Part shown: piece by piece, positions 38,495 to 51,184 of the stretch
Layout of the letters: each line of letters opens with the position of its first letter
Numbering within the stretch: position 1 is the first letter of the stretch
Source of the DNA: an uncultured delta proteobacterium
GTDB lineage: Bacteria > Myxococcota_A > Polyangia > Palsa-1104
Length of the DNA stretch: 64,000 nt
Direction of reading: 5' to 3'
Assembly (NCBI GenBank): GCA_963785725.1
Contig: CAWAWS010000016.1
Location: 256,001 to 320,000 of the forward strand
The notes under the pieces: generated by a model
Told to the model about the DNA's origin: nothing
What the model saw: the letters and a program-made list of their open reading frames with translations, nothing else
Databases searched by the model: none
Made by a program: the position numbers and the translations under genes

Positions 38495-39199
38495 TTAAGC
38501 CTCCGACGCCGACGGCTTGGTCGCGATCGCCACCGGCGCCGTCTCGAGGATGCGCTGCTCGCCCGACGGCCGCGCGTCCGGCTTCTGCTCGCGCAAGAGC
38601 TCGACGAACTCCTCCGACATGAGCTTGAGCTCGAGCGACGTGCGACCGAGCCGCTGCATGAAGTAGTTGTAGATGACCATGGCCTCGATGGCGACGACGA
38701 TACCGGCGGCCGTCGTCACCAGCGCCTCGGCGATGCCGGGACCGACGACGTCGATGCCGGCTTGGTGCGTGGCGCCGATCTGATCGAACGCGCGCAAGAT
38801 GCCCCACACCGTGCCGAAGAGGCCGACGAAGGGCGCGATGGCGCCGATGGTCGCCAAGAGCCACAGCTGCCCCTTGAGCGCCAGCGCCACGCGCTGCCGC
38901 TCGCGATCGACGGCGGCCTCGAGCGCGCCTTCGGAGCTGCGGCCGTGGCGCTCGAAGCCGACGAGGAAGAACTCCGCCGCCAGCGATGACGAGCGCTCGC
39001 ACGCCGCGCGCGCTTCGGCGAGCGCGCCGCGATAGAGGCAGCGTTTGACCGTCTCGCCGAGCGTGCGAGCGCGATCGAGGAAGCGCCAGAGCGCCGCGAC
39101 GCGCTCGATGCCGACCGCCAGTGCCAGCACCGAGCAGAACACGATGAGCCCGAGCGTCACGCCGCCCGCCTTCATCGTTTGAATGAACCCGTGGAACAT
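38495..39199 (-). CDS. exbB: MotA/TolQ/ExbB proton channel protein
   Basis: LATIGAIAPFVGLFGTVWGI, GIAEALVTTAAG. Confidence 0.9.
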   Translation of the reverse strand: MFHGFIQTMKAGGVTLGLIVFCSVLALAVGIERVAALWRFLDRARTLGETVKRCLYRGALAEARAACERSSSLAAEFFLVGFERHGRSSEGALEAAVDRERQRVALALKGQLWLLATIGAIAPFVGLFGTVWGILRAFDQIGATHQAGIDVVGPGIAEALVTTAAGIVVAIEAMVIYNYFMQRLGRTSLELKLMSEEFVELLREQKPDARPSGEQRILETAPVAIATKPSASEA

Positions 39200-39220
39200 G
39201 TGGGGAGTAGGTATAGCTTC

Positions 39221-40387
39221 TCAGATGTAGCGCGTCCAGCCGTCGGAATGCCGAGATTTGTAGCTACGGTACCAACGACAAATTGGCAGGAACAAAACGA
39301 GCACGATCAGCGTCACGCCGTAGGTTTTGAGGAGACCGTGCTGCTGCGGATCGGCGTGGAAGAGCCGCCGGGCCACGAGGGCGCCGAGCCCAATGACGTG
39401 CACGTGTAGGAGATAGAAGAAGAACGCGGTCGCGCCGAAGATCCCGAGCGGCTCCAAGAAGCGGCGTAGCCGGCCGTCGTCGAGCGCCGTCAAGAGCGCC
39501 AACAAGAGGAACGTCTGCCCCAGCTCCAGCGTCGTGTAGCTCAGGCTGGGCGGATATTTGGCGACGTGCATCCACTGTAGAATCGAGCCCGAATCGCGGT
39601 GCAGGCCCCAGTTGCCGTAGCCGTCGAGGCCGCGCACGACCGCGAACACGGCGAGGAGCGCGCCGCCGATGGCGAGCAGCGTGCGCACGCGCTCCGCCGT
39701 CGGCCGCGCCCGCGTCGCCAGGAGCCAGCGGCCGAGCACCCAGCCGGCCATCATGATCGACAGCCAGGGAATCAGCGGATAGCCGTTGAACGCGTTCGCG
39801 AACGGATGGCCGGGCCGAAACAGCGCGACGTCGATGGCGTGCGCCGGCTGCGTCGTCGGCTGCCAGCGCTCGGCCAGCTCGCCGAAGACTTGGATGGCGA
39901 CGGCGCCGGCGAGCAGCCACGCCGACGACAGCCGTCGCAAGAACGCCATGATCACGAGCGAGATGCCGATCGCGTACAGCACTTGGAAGACCGCGACGTG
40001 ATAGCCGGTGAAGCCGAGCGACATCCACAGCGGATCGAGCGCCGCGATGACGAGGCCGCGCTTGACGATGAACGCCGTCTGCCGCGGGTCGTCGCGCCGC
40101 CGCTCGCTCGACAACGCCAGCGCTGCGCCCGCCAGCAGGACGAAGGTCGGCGCGCACAGGTGCGAGATCCAGCGCGTCAGAAACTCGGCCGGCGGCAGCG
40201 GATTGCCGCGATGCCAGCCGTCGGCGGCGTCGCCGTGCAGGTGGTGCGCGTCCCACATCGTGCCGGCGTGATCGATCGTCATCAGGATCATGACGAGCCC
40301 GCGCAGCCAATCGATCGCTTGCAGCCGCTTCGACTTCGCCGCCACCGCCGCCGCCACCGTCGTCGCCGGCTCGGCTGCCGGCATCAC
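39221..40387 (-). CDS. DUF1624 / acyltransferase-like membrane protein
   Basis: IDWLRGLVMILMTIDH, TRWISHLCAPTF, KYPPSL. Confidence 0.85.
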   Translation of the reverse strand: MMPAAEPATTVAAAVAAKSKRLQAIDWLRGLVMILMTIDHAGTMWDAHHLHGDAADGWHRGNPLPPAEFLTRWISHLCAPTFVLLAGAALALSSERRRDDPRQTAFIVKRGLVIAALDPLWMSLGFTGYHVAVFQVLYAIGISLVIMAFLRRLSSAWLLAGAVAIQVFGELAERWQPTTQPAHAIDVALFRPGHPFANAFNGYPLIPWLSIMMAGWVLGRWLLATRARPTAERVRTLLAIGGALLAVFAVVRGLDGYGNWGLHRDSGSILQWMHVAKYPPSLSYTTLELGQTFLLLALLTALDDGRLRRFLEPLGIFGATAFFFYLLHVHVIGLGALVARRLFHADPQQHGLLKTYGVTLIVLVLFLPICRWYRSYKSRHSDGWTRYI

Positions 40388-42656
40388 GGATAGCGCTTGC
40401 GCATCAGATACGAGACGGCGTCACGCGAGCAGCTGTCGCAGTAGCCGAACTTCTCCCGCATGTTGCGGATGGTCGTCTCGACGCGCTCGAACGCCTCTTT
40501 GTCGATGCGCGTGCGCATCTTGTCGGCGCCGTCGGTGAGGTACTGCAAGACCTCGTCGATCGTCTTCTTGACGATCTTCTTGCGCTGCTCGAAGTAGGCC
40601 TCGCGCAGCTGCTGCAGCTGCCGCGGAAACACGCCGCGCGTACTCGATCTTCTGCCCCGGATGATCGATCGACCAAGACGCGATGCGGCCGATCACCTCG
40701 TGCCGGAAGTCGTCGCGCTTCTGCCCGGTGCCGAGCGTGCGCTCGACCTCGGTCATCATGTCCTCGTCGGGATCTTCGAGCCGCCCGGTCGACGCGTTGC
40801 GCAGCTTTTCCTTCTTCGTCCAGTGCGAGACGTGCGTGATGTACTTCGTCAGCAGATCCAGATACTGCCGCTCGTCGACGAGCCCCATCGACGACGCGCA
40901 CCTCGTCGTCGACCTTGTCGAGGAACTTCTCGCGCACGACGACGATGAACTTCTTGTTCTCGTGATAGCCGCCGGGCAGCGGCTCCTGCTTCAAGAACTC
41001 GTAGACGGTGACGTTCTTGACCAGCTCTTCCATCTCTTCGAACACCGCCAGCGGCGACACGCAGGCGTACTTCGGGTTCTGCGCGGCGTTGAGGAGCAGC
41101 ACCTTGATCTCGCGCGGGCTGGCGCCGGTGCGCCCTTCGTAGTTCGGATAGGCGTCCGACTCGCCCCAGATCTTGTCGATGTTGCCGAGCAGCTCTTTGG
41201 TCTGCTCGGCGTTAAGCCCGTCGGGCGCGCGGCCGTGCGCGTAGAGCTCGGCCTTCTCGATCGGCGTCAGCTTCGCCACCATGTCGGCCAGGCCCTTCGG
41301 ATACTTCTCCGGCAGCGGCTTGCGCATGCGCGTCAGCGTCGACCACAGCGCCGCGACGTAGGCGGTGTGCGGCGCGATGTGCTTGCCGACGCCCGAGCCC
41401 GAGACCTGCTCTTCGTAGATGTGCCGCTCGACCTCGTAGTCGAGCAGATAGGGCACGCGAATCAGCTCGAGCCGCCCTTTGAACGACTGGAACTCGGGCA
41501 CCTCTTTGAACACCGCCAGATGCGACTCGTTCGACGAGCCGATGAAGAACTCGTCGAGGAAGAGGATCGTATTCTGCATCGGCACTTCGCCGTGCTCGAC
41601 GGTGCCGAGCAGATATTTGTAGGCTTCGAGCGGCCGCTTCAAGAGGTCGGCGTACTCGATGATGCCGCGGTTGGCGTCGACCAGCTCGCCCGAGTATTCG
41701 AACAGCGACAGTCGACTGCAGCGCCGGCGGCAGCGCGGCCAGCGAGCGATCCATCGTCAGCTGCCGGCCGGCGCGCGTCGACGGCGAGCTGCGGCTCGAC
41801 GGTCACCGCCGCGTTGCGATAGCGCCGCGCGATGTAGAAGCGCTCGACCTGCACGTGGCGCAGCACCTTCAGATAATCGCCCTTGTAGGCGACGAGCAGC
41901 GCCTCGAAGATCTGCTTGTTCTTGTGCCCGAGATCGCCGAAGCGGATGTAGTCGCTGGCGTCGAACGGCTTGCCGCGCAGCTTCTCGTCGAGCAGCTGCT
42001 GCCGCTTCTTCGCCGGAATCAGCAAGAGCGGGTTGTCGCGCAGCTCGTCGACCAGCTTGGCGTCGATGAGCTCGTCGTCGAGATAGGCGAAGCTGTCGAC
42101 GGCGCGGCCGTCGCCGTAACCGGTGGCGGCGCCGGGAAAGCCGGAGAAGCCCATGCCGCTCTTTTGCAGCTTGGCCGACGGGAAGATCCAGTTGAAGCGA
42201 TAGACGCGCGCCTTCGTCGAGCGTCGAATAATACTCGAGCGCGCGCACCAGGCAGGACACGAACGTCGACTTGGCCGAGCCGTTCGGGCCCGTGCAGCAG
42301 CGAGCAGCTTGTTGACCGCGCCTTCGCGCACGAAGTTCGACAAGCACGCGATAGACGCGCGCCTGCACCTCTTCTTGGCCGATGAGCCGATCGCGGCCGC
42401 CGTCGAAGGGCAGGTCGAACAGCTTCCAGCGCGGCAGCATTCCGCGCGGCGTCTTGACCTCGTAGGTGCCGAAGTAATCGAAGACGTCTTTTAGATATTG
42501 GGCGACGTTGCGGGCGTACTGCTCGGGCTTGGCCTGGAACAGACCGTAGAATTCGTCGAACGACATGACGCGCTTGTTGCGCGTGTAGCCGTCGCGCACT
42601 TCCTGACCGATCTGCGCCAGGGAGCCCGTGGGCGCTTCATCGTCGGGGGGTGTCAT
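40384..42656 (-). CDS. prkA: PrkA-family AAA serine kinase, split by about seven frameshifts
   Basis: GQEEVQ, GPNGSAKST Walker A, GELVDANRGIIEYADLLKRP, FKGRLE, EGRTGASPRE spread over successive frames. Confidence 0.8.
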
Positions 42657-42677
42657 GCCCCGATTGTACGCGCGGGA

Positions 42678-43106
42678 TTATCGGACGTCGATCTCGAAGC
42701 TGACCGGCGACTTCTTGGGATCGCACGAGTTGGCGCTGCAGACGGCGAACTTGAGCTCGCCGGTGACGATCTGCTTGCCCGGCTTGGCGGCCGTGTAGGC
42801 GACGTCGAACTGCGCCTCGCGCTCCTCGAACTTGGCGGCATCCTTGGCCGTCAGCTTGGCCTTTTCCAGCGTCACGCCTTCGGGCGGGCTCAACGCCAGT
42901 GACGTGGGATACTCCTTGTTCATGTGAAAGCCGACGCCGGGCGTAATCTTGAGATGGGCGACGGCGTGCTCGCCCTTCTTCGCCGCCGGTGACTCGACCT
43001 TGAGCGCGTAGCTGGCGTCGCTGTGCGCCGTGGACGACTGCGCCGACACCAGCGGCGACAGGAAGAGAGAACCGACGGTAATGCCGAACAGAGACAGCTT
43101 CTTCAT
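42678..43106 (-). CDS. Exported protein, DsbD-N-like Ig fold
   Basis: Signal peptide; PGVGFHMNKEYP, CSANSC. Confidence 0.7.
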   Translation of the reverse strand: MKKLSLFGITVGSLFLSPLVSAQSSTAHSDASYALKVESPAAKKGEHAVAHLKITPGVGFHMNKEYPTSLALSPPEGVTLEKAKLTAKDAAKFEEREAQFDVAYTAAKPGKQIVTGELKFAVCSANSCDPKKSPVSFEIDVR

Positions 43107-43157
43107 TTACACACCTCGGGGTCGATTGTACGATCGGAACCGCACCCCTATTCAACC

Positions 43158-44786
<1,629 letters not shown>

Positions 44787-44805
44787 GCCACGTGCGCCAC
44801 CAAGG

Positions 44806-47145
44806 CTAACGCGATCGCAGCTCGACGTGGGATTCGTCATCGGCGCGGACGTCGACGTCTTCGCTCACGACGCTCGGCAGCTCGACGAAGATGCGGGCAT
44901 GGCCGGCGGCGACGCCATCGAGGCGAAAGTTGCCGTCGCGGTCGGTGCGGCCGCTGACGGGCGGCCCGCCCGCCGGCGCCGCGCGCACGACGACCTCGGC
45001 CAGCGGCTCGCCGTGATCGTCGCGCAAGCGGCCGCTGATGCTGCCGCCGCGCTCGAGCTCGATGCGCACGTCGCGGACGGTGACGTCGTGCAGCCGTTCG
45101 CCGGCGGGGATGTCGATCGGCCGCGTCCACACGACGTAGCCGGGCGCGCTGGCGGTCAAGGTCGCGCGGCCGGGCGGCACGGCGTTGGCGCTGAAGCGGC
45201 CGCCGACGATCGTCAGCTGACGCGACGGGCCGACGACGGGCGACAACTGCACGCGCGCGCCGGCGGGCACGCCGCCGCTGCGCGCGTCGCCGAGATCGCC
45301 GTCGATGCCGCCGCCGGGCACGAGGACGAAGTGCGCGTCGTCGCCGGCGGGCACGCCGTCGAAGCTACCGGCGGCGAAGTCACCATGGCTGACGGCGACG
45401 TGAAACGGGCCCGGCCCTAAGCCCTCGGCGCGAAAATGGCCGCCCGAGTCGGTGGTGAACCAGCGCGGCGCCGCGGCTTTGGCGCGCGGCCCGGGCGGCG
45501 GCCCCGGCATGACGACCTCGACGCGCGCAGCCGACACCGGCGCGCCGCGATCGTCGACGACATCGCCGGCCAAGTGCCCGTCGGCCTGGCGCAACGTCAC
45601 ATCGATCGGCCCGCGCTCCGACGGCGAAGTGGCGCGCGTCGTCGGCAGAAAGCCGCTCGCGTGCACCGCCAGCGTCAATGGACGCGCGACATGGGCGAGC
45701 TCGAATTCACCGTGATGGTCGGTCATCGCCAAGGTCGCGCCATCGTCACCGGACACCTCGGCGCCGACGATCGCCTGCCCGCGCTCGTCGCTGACCCGGC
45801 CGGCGAGGCGCACGCCGCGGCTGAGCACCACCGTCACCTGCGCCTCGCCGCCCGCCGTCACCAAGAGCGGCTCGGCGGCGCCGCGCGCGTAGTCGGGATG
45901 GCTGGCCGCGACGACCAACTTCCCCGCCGGCAAGCCGATGACGCGGAAGTTGCCGCTGCCATCGGTGATGAACATCTTGGCGGCGCTCGGCGTCGGCTGC
46001 GTCGCTGCCGGCGCGGCAATCGGCGGCGGCGCGCCCAGCGGCGGAAACGGAATCGGGCCGTGCAGGATGCCGAGCTCGCCCGACGACTCCAGCTGCGCCG
46101 ACGTCGCCATCGATGGCGCGCTCGTCAAGCTGGCGCTCGAAGCCGTGACCGCGATGGGCGTGCCGTCGGGCGATTCCCCGGCGACTTCGACCTCCGCGCC
46201 GGCGATCGGCTGCGCCCGCTCGTCGAGCACGCGCCCGCTGATGACCGCGCCGCGCTCGAGCCGCAGCTCGACCGTGGCCGCCGACTTGGCGATCCGCTGC
46301 GCGTGCGGCGCCGCCGGATAATAGCCCTCGGCGCGCGCATCGACGGCGTAGCTGCCCGGCAACACGGCCACGAAATGCGCGTCACCGGCTTCGTTGGCAA
46401 CCTCGGTGCGCGGCAGCGGCGTGCCGTCGGCCTCGGTCAGCGTCACCTCGGCGCCAGCGATGGCGCGACCGCCTTTGTCGCGCACGCGCGCCGTCAGCGT
46501 CGTCGCCGGCTGTAGATCGAGCAGCAGCACGGCGCTGCCGCCATCGGCATCGGCCGACACGACGACGCCGTCGACGAACGCCGCTTCGCCGTCGCGCCCC
46601 GCGCGCACGGCATAGCGTCCTTCGGCCAAGCTCGCGACCGTGAATGCGCCGTCGGGACCGCTCTTGAGCGTCTGCAAGCCACCCGGGCCACCGACGGTCA
46701 CTTGCACGTCCGCCGCCGGCTTGCCATGCGAGCGGACGAGCCCATCGAGCGCCAACGTGCGCACCAACGTCAGCTCGAGGCCGGCTTGCGGCAGCTCGAT
46801 GCCGTGCAGCTCGACCGCGCCGAACCCAGCCGCTTCCGCGCGCACATTGACGCGCGCCGGCGCCGTCAGCGTCAGCGCGTAGCGGCCGTCCGCGTCGCTC
46901 GTCGCCACCGTCCAGCCGTGCAGGTCGCCGCGCTCCGGCACCGCCGACACCCGCGCGCCGCCGACCGGCCGGCCGACGCGATCGACCACCCGACCGGCCA
47001 AGCGCGCATCGGCGTGCAGCTGAACGCTCGGTCCGACGCGCGAACGCCGGCTGAAGTGACGCACGGCGATCGTCCCAGCGACGACGAGGACGAGCGCGCC
47101 GGCGCCGATCGCCCACTGGACGCGCCGGCTGACCGGCTTCATCAT
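44806..47145 (-). CDS. Membrane-anchored carboxypeptidase-regulatory-like (transthyretin-fold) repeat protein
   Basis: Repeated GRVxDxxGxPxxGAxV ... TDxxGxF units. Confidence 0.85.
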   Translation of the reverse strand: MMKPVSRRVQWAIGAGALVLVVAGTIAVRHFSRRSRVGPSVQLHADARLAGRVVDRVGRPVGGARVSAVPERGDLHGWTVATSDADGRYALTLTAPARVNVRAEAAGFGAVELHGIELPQAGLELTLVRTLALDGLVRSHGKPAADVQVTVGGPGGLQTLKSGPDGAFTVASLAEGRYAVRAGRDGEAAFVDGVVVSADADGGSAVLLLDLQPATTLTARVRDKGGRAIAGAEVTLTEADGTPLPRTEVANEAGDAHFVAVLPGSYAVDARAEGYYPAAPHAQRIAKSAATVELRLERGAVISGRVLDERAQPIAGAEVEVAGESPDGTPIAVTASSASLTSAPSMATSAQLESSGELGILHGPIPFPPLGAPPPIAAPAATQPTPSAAKMFITDGSGNFRVIGLPAGKLVVAASHPDYARGAAEPLLVTAGGEAQVTVVLSRGVRLAGRVSDERGQAIVGAEVSGDDGATLAMTDHHGEFELAHVARPLTLAVHASGFLPTTRATSPSERGPIDVTLRQADGHLAGDVVDDRGAPVSAARVEVVMPGPPPGPRAKAAAPRWFTTDSGGHFRAEGLGPGPFHVAVSHGDFAAGSFDGVPAGDDAHFVLVPGGGIDGDLGDARSGGVPAGARVQLSPVVGPSRQLTIVGGRFSANAVPPGRATLTASAPGYVVWTRPIDIPAGERLHDVTVRDVRIELERGGSISGRLRDDHGEPLAEVVVRAAPAGGPPVSGRTDRDGNFRLDGVAAGHARIFVELPSVVSEDVDVRADDESHVELRSR

Positions 47146-47225
47146 GGCCGCGCCCGCCGGCAAAATCGCTTGCGCGACCAGCGACCTAGTGTTAGAAGGT
47201 CCGCCTCTCGGGAGTCAGTGTAGCC

Positions 47226-47417
47226 ATGGCGAATACGTGCGAAATCTGCTTCAAGGGTCGGCTCGTGGGTAACAAGGTGAGCCACTCGAACATCAAGACC
47301 AAGAAGGTTCAGCGCCCGAACATTCAGCGCGTTCGCGCGCTCGTGGACGGCTCGCCGGTGCGTTTGCGCGTCTGCACCCGCTGCTTGCGCTCCGGCCTCG
47401 TCACCAAAGTCGCCTAA
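47226..47417 (+). CDS. rpmB: 50S ribosomal protein bL28 (Zn-ribbon form)
   Basis: CEICFKG..GNKVSHSNIKTK..PNIQ..VCTRCLRSG. Confidence 0.97.
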   Translation: MANTCEICFKGRLVGNKVSHSNIKTKKVQRPNIQRVRALVDGSPVRLRVCTRCLRSGLVTKVA

Positions 47418-47461
47418 GCTTTCGTTCCCCGAAAGTCCCGCGACACGCTCGGTAACGCCCG

Positions 47462-47497
47462 AAGCCGCATGATCCCCCGCGGGGATCGTGCGGTTTT
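47462..47497 (+). terminator. rpmB intrinsic terminator
   Basis: GCCGCATGATCCCC-CGC-GGGGATCGTGCGGT followed by TTT. Confidence 0.7.
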
Positions 47498-47632
47498 CGC
47501 GCGTCCGGAGTCCGCGCTCTTCCGCCGCCAATCCGCCCGTACGACGGCCGCGCGCCCACCTCAGCCGGCGCGCGACCGCGTCTTCATCATTGAATTTACG
47601 AGCGAATTTGGCGGAGTCCGCCACCGCGAGGC

Positions 47633-48016
47633 CTAGTCGGCAACGGCGACGGCGTCGATCTCGACGAGCGCGCCGCGCGGGAGGCCCGCCACCTGGACCG
47701 TCGCGCGCGCCGGCGGCGCCTCCGAGAAGTAGCCGCCGTAGATCTCGTTCACGTCTTTGAAGTGCCCGAGATCGGCCAAGAAGATCGTCGTCTTCACGAC
47801 CTGGGCGAACGACGATCCGCCCGCCTGCAGCACCGCGCGCAAGTTCTCCATGACCTGCTTGGTCTGCGCCTTGACGTCGCTGCCGCCGACCAGCTCACCC
47901 GTCTTGTAATCGAGCGGGATCTGCCCCGAGCAGAACAGCAAGTTGCCGGCCTTGATGGCCTGCGAATAGGGGCCGATCGCCTTGGGTGCCTCGTCGCTGT
48001 GCACGGCTTTGCGCAT
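47633..48016 (-). CDS. ridA: RidA-family enamine/imine deaminase
   Basis: APKAIGPYSQA, SGQIPL, PPARATV, VEIDAVA. Confidence 0.93.
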   Translation of the reverse strand: MRKAVHSDEAPKAIGPYSQAIKAGNLLFCSGQIPLDYKTGELVGGSDVKAQTKQVMENLRAVLQAGGSSFAQVVKTTIFLADLGHFKDVNEIYGGYFSEAPPARATVQVAGLPRGALVEIDAVAVAD

Positions 48017-48037
48017 GGGCGGCGTTATATCACATTG

Positions 48038-50386
48038 CTACTTCTTGCCGAACGCGGCCGCGAACGGATTGTTGAACGGCTTATTGCCCGGCGGCGGCGA
48101 CTTCGGCGGCGGCGGCGATTGCGGCCGCGGCGAGCCCGGCGCGCGCTGCGGCGTCGACTTCGGCTGCTGCGCGTAGGCCGGCAGCTTCTCGTTCGACGGC
48201 TGTTGCTGCGGCTTGGAGACCGGCGCGGTCGCCTGCTTCACGCTGAGCCCGATGCGCTTGCGCTCGACGTCGACCTTGATGACCTTGACCTTGACGCGAT
48301 CGCCGACCTTGGCGACCTCGGCCGGATCCTTGACGAAGCGATGGGCCAATTCCGAGACGTGGACGAGGCCGTCCTGATGCACGCCGACGTCGACGAACGC
48401 GCCGAACTGCGTGACGTTGGTGACGACGCCATTCAAGACCATGCCCTCTTTGACGTGGTCGAACTCGGTGACGGTCGGGTCGAAGCCGACGGCCTCGAAC
48501 TCGGCGCGCGGATCGCGGCCGGGCTTGGCGAGCTCGCCGACGATGTCTTTGAGCGTCGGTAGACCGCGCCGATCGTCGACGTATTTGGCGATCTCGATCT
48601 TCTTCAGCATCTCCGCATGGCCGACGAGCCCGAGCACGTCGACGCCGAGATCCTTCGCCATCTTCTCGACGACGTCGTAGCTCTCCGGATGCACCGACGA
48701 GTTGTCGAGCGGATTGCCGCCGCCGCGCACGCGCAAGAAGCCGGCCGCCTGCTCGAACGCCTTGGCGCCGAGGCGCGGCACCTCCATCAGCGCCGCGCGC
48801 GACTTGAACGCGCCCTTCGACGCGCGATGCGTGACGATGTTCTTGGCCAGCGTCTCGCCGACGCCGGCGACATATTGCAGGAGCTTGACCGAGGCCGTGT
48901 TGACGTCGACGCCGACCGCGTTCACGCAGCTCTCGACGACGGTATCGAGCGCCTTCTTGAGCGTCCCTTGATGCACGTCGTGCTGGTACTGCCCGACGCC
49001 GATCGACTTGGGATCGATCTTCACCAGCTCCGCCAGCGGATCTTGCAAGCGACGCCCGATCGACACCGCGCCGCGCACGGTCACGTCCTCGTTCGGCAGC
49101 TCCTCGCGCGCCACTTCCGACGCCGAATAGACCGACGCGCCCGCCTCGTTGACCGGGATGACCTGAATCGCCGCGCTCAATTTGCCGTCGCTGACGAGCT
49201 TGCGGATGAACGTCTCGGTCTCGCGGCCGGCGGTGCCGTTGCCGATGGCGATCGACTCGATGCGGTACTTCTTGCACAGCTCCTCGATCGTGCGGCCGGC
49301 TTCGGCGACCTTGTGCTCCGACATCGTCGGGAACACGACGTCGTGCGTCTGCAAGTCGCCCTTCTCGTCGACGACGGCCACTTTGCAGCCGGTGCGAAAG
49401 CCGGGATCGATCGCGAGGACGCGCTTGCCACCGAGCGGCGCCTGCAACAGAAGTGCGCGTAAGTTGTCGGCAAACACCTTGATGGCGTCGGCATCGGCGC
49501 GATCTTTGAGGACCAGCCGCACATCGACTTCGATCGACGTCTTGAGCAGGCGATCGTAAGCGTCGTCGACGGCGAGCTTGAGCTCGGGCGCGAACGTCGC
49601 TTGCGGCGCCACGATCACGTGATGACGCACTTGCGTCTTGGCGGCGTCGGCGTCGACCTCGAGACCGACGCGCAAGAAGCCCTCGGCCTCGCCGCGCCGC
49701 AGCGCCAGCAAGCGATGCGACGGGATGGCCGCGGCCTTCTCGCTGAAGTTGAAGTAGTCCTTGAACTTCGCGCCCTCTTCTTCTTTGCCGGCGATGGCCG
49801 CGCCGAGGAGGATGCCGTCGCTCAGCGCCTGCTCGCGCAAGGCCGCGCGCACTTCGGCGCGCTCCGCGACCCGCTCGGCGACGATGTCGCGCGCGCCCGC
49901 CCACGCCGCTTCGACGTCGGCGACGCCCTTCTCTTCCGACACGTACTGTTGGCCGAGCGCGGCGCGCGATTCGGCCACGTTCTGTTGCGCCCAAATGAGA
50001 TCGGCGAGCGGCTCGAGCCCCTTTTCGCGGGCGATGGTCGCGCGCGTCCGGCGCTTCGGCTTGAACGGCAGGTAGAGATCTTCGAGCTCCGTCTTCGACA
50101 ACGTGCGCGTGATCTGCTGCTTGAGACCGTCGGTGAGCTTGCCCTGCTTCTCGATCTCGGCCAGCACCGTCATCTTGCGCGCGTCGATCTCGGCCAAGTA
50201 GACGCGACGCTCTTCAATGGTGCCGATCTGCACCTCGTCGAGGTTGCCCGTCTGCTCCTTGCGATAGCGAGAGATGAACGGGATGGTGGCGCCGTCGGTC
50301 AGAAGCGCGACGGTGCGTTCGACCTGCGCCGGCTGGATGCCGAGCTCGGCGGCGATCGTGGATGCGTGGTGGTAGGCTGTCGTCAT
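48038..50386 (-). CDS. tex: Tex family RNA-binding transcription accessory protein
   Basis: TIPFISRYRKEQTG, DPGFRTGCK, EAGASVYSAS, S1 domain. Confidence 0.96.
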   Translation of the reverse strand: MTTAYHHASTIAAELGIQPAQVERTVALLTDGATIPFISRYRKEQTGNLDEVQIGTIEERRVYLAEIDARKMTVLAEIEKQGKLTDGLKQQITRTLSKTELEDLYLPFKPKRRTRATIAREKGLEPLADLIWAQQNVAESRAALGQQYVSEEKGVADVEAAWAGARDIVAERVAERAEVRAALREQALSDGILLGAAIAGKEEEGAKFKDYFNFSEKAAAIPSHRLLALRRGEAEGFLRVGLEVDADAAKTQVRHHVIVAPQATFAPELKLAVDDAYDRLLKTSIEVDVRLVLKDRADADAIKVFADNLRALLLQAPLGGKRVLAIDPGFRTGCKVAVVDEKGDLQTHDVVFPTMSEHKVAEAGRTIEELCKKYRIESIAIGNGTAGRETETFIRKLVSDGKLSAAIQVIPVNEAGASVYSASEVAREELPNEDVTVRGAVSIGRRLQDPLAELVKIDPKSIGVGQYQHDVHQGTLKKALDTVVESCVNAVGVDVNTASVKLLQYVAGVGETLAKNIVTHRASKGAFKSRAALMEVPRLGAKAFEQAAGFLRVRGGGNPLDNSSVHPESYDVVEKMAKDLGVDVLGLVGHAEMLKKIEIAKYVDDRRGLPTLKDIVGELAKPGRDPRAEFEAVGFDPTVTEFDHVKEGMVLNGVVTNVTQFGAFVDVGVHQDGLVHVSELAHRFVKDPAEVAKVGDRVKVKVIKVDVERKRIGLSVKQATAPVSKPQQQPSNEKLPAYAQQPKSTPQRAPGSPRPQSPPPPKSPPPGNKPFNNPFAAAFGKK

Positions 50387-50714
50387 GGCGGCGGTAGTCT
50401 ACTTGGTGAACGATCTGTTGTTCACGTCGAAAATTCGCGAAACGGCGGCGCAGCTGGGGCTCGATGTGCAAGCCGTGCGCGCAACCGCCGATGTGGCCAA
50501 GGCCACGGCCGGCGCGCGCTTCTTCGTGATCGATCTACGTCGGCCCGATGCGCTGGCGGCGCTGAAAGATGCAGATCCCGCCGCGCGCAAGATCGGCTTC
50601 ATCGATCACGAGCGCACCGACGTGATGGAGGCCGCGCGCGCGCTCGGTTGCACGGCGTTGGCCAAGGGCAAATTCTCCAGCGACTTGGGACGCCTCTTGT
50701 CCGCGACCGCGTAA
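50385..50714 (+). CDS. Atypical single-domain receiver-like protein
   Basis: DLLFTSKI...VIDL...GFIDH...AARALG; TGgTAGGCT 6 nt before ATG. Confidence 0.7.
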   Translation: MAAVVYLVNDLLFTSKIRETAAQLGLDVQAVRATADVAKATAGARFFVIDLRRPDALAALKDADPAARKIGFIDHERTDVMEAARALGCTALAKGKFSSDLGRLLSATA

Positions 50715-50731
50715 CCGGCTATGACCCCGGG

Positions 50732-51184
50732 ATGCTCGAGCCCGGCGATCGTGCGCCCGCATTCACGCTACCCGGAGACGATGGCGAGAATCATTCGCTC
50801 TCCGACTTCGCCGGACAGACCCTGATCCTCTACTTTTATCCGAAGGACAACACGCCCGGCTGCACCACCGAAGCGTGTGACTTTCGCGACGAAGCGGCCG
50901 CCTACAAGAAGAAAAAGGCGGTCATCGTCGGCGTCAGCCCCGACAAGCCGGCGACGCACGGCAAGTTCAAGGACAAGTACAACCTCGACTTCTTGCTGCT
51001 CTCGGACGTCGATCACGCGGTCGCCGAGAAGTTCGGCGCGTGGGGCGACAAGGTCTTGTACGGCAAGAAGTACAAAGGAATCATCCGCTCGACGTTCGTC
51101 ATCGACGGCAAGGGCAAGATCGTGGCCGCGCACTACAAGGTCGCCGTCAAAGGCCACGCCGCCGCGATTCGGGAGGCCTTGTGA
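50732..51184 (+). CDS. bcp: Thioredoxin-dependent peroxiredoxin Bcp
   Basis: LYFYPKDNTPGCTTEACDFRD. Confidence 0.95.
   Translation: MLEPGDRAPAFTLPGDDGENHSLSDFAGQTLILYFYPKDNTPGCTTEACDFRDEAAAYKKKKAVIVGVSPDKPATHGKFKDKYNLDFLLLSDVDHAVAEKFGAWGDKVLYGKKYKGIIRSTFVIDGKGKIVAAHYKVAVKGHAAAIREAL

Noticed and set aside
36819..39002. 727-aa ExbD-phosphoesterase fusion in the ORF track
   Set aside because: Artefact of the exbD frameshift reading into the downstream gene frame
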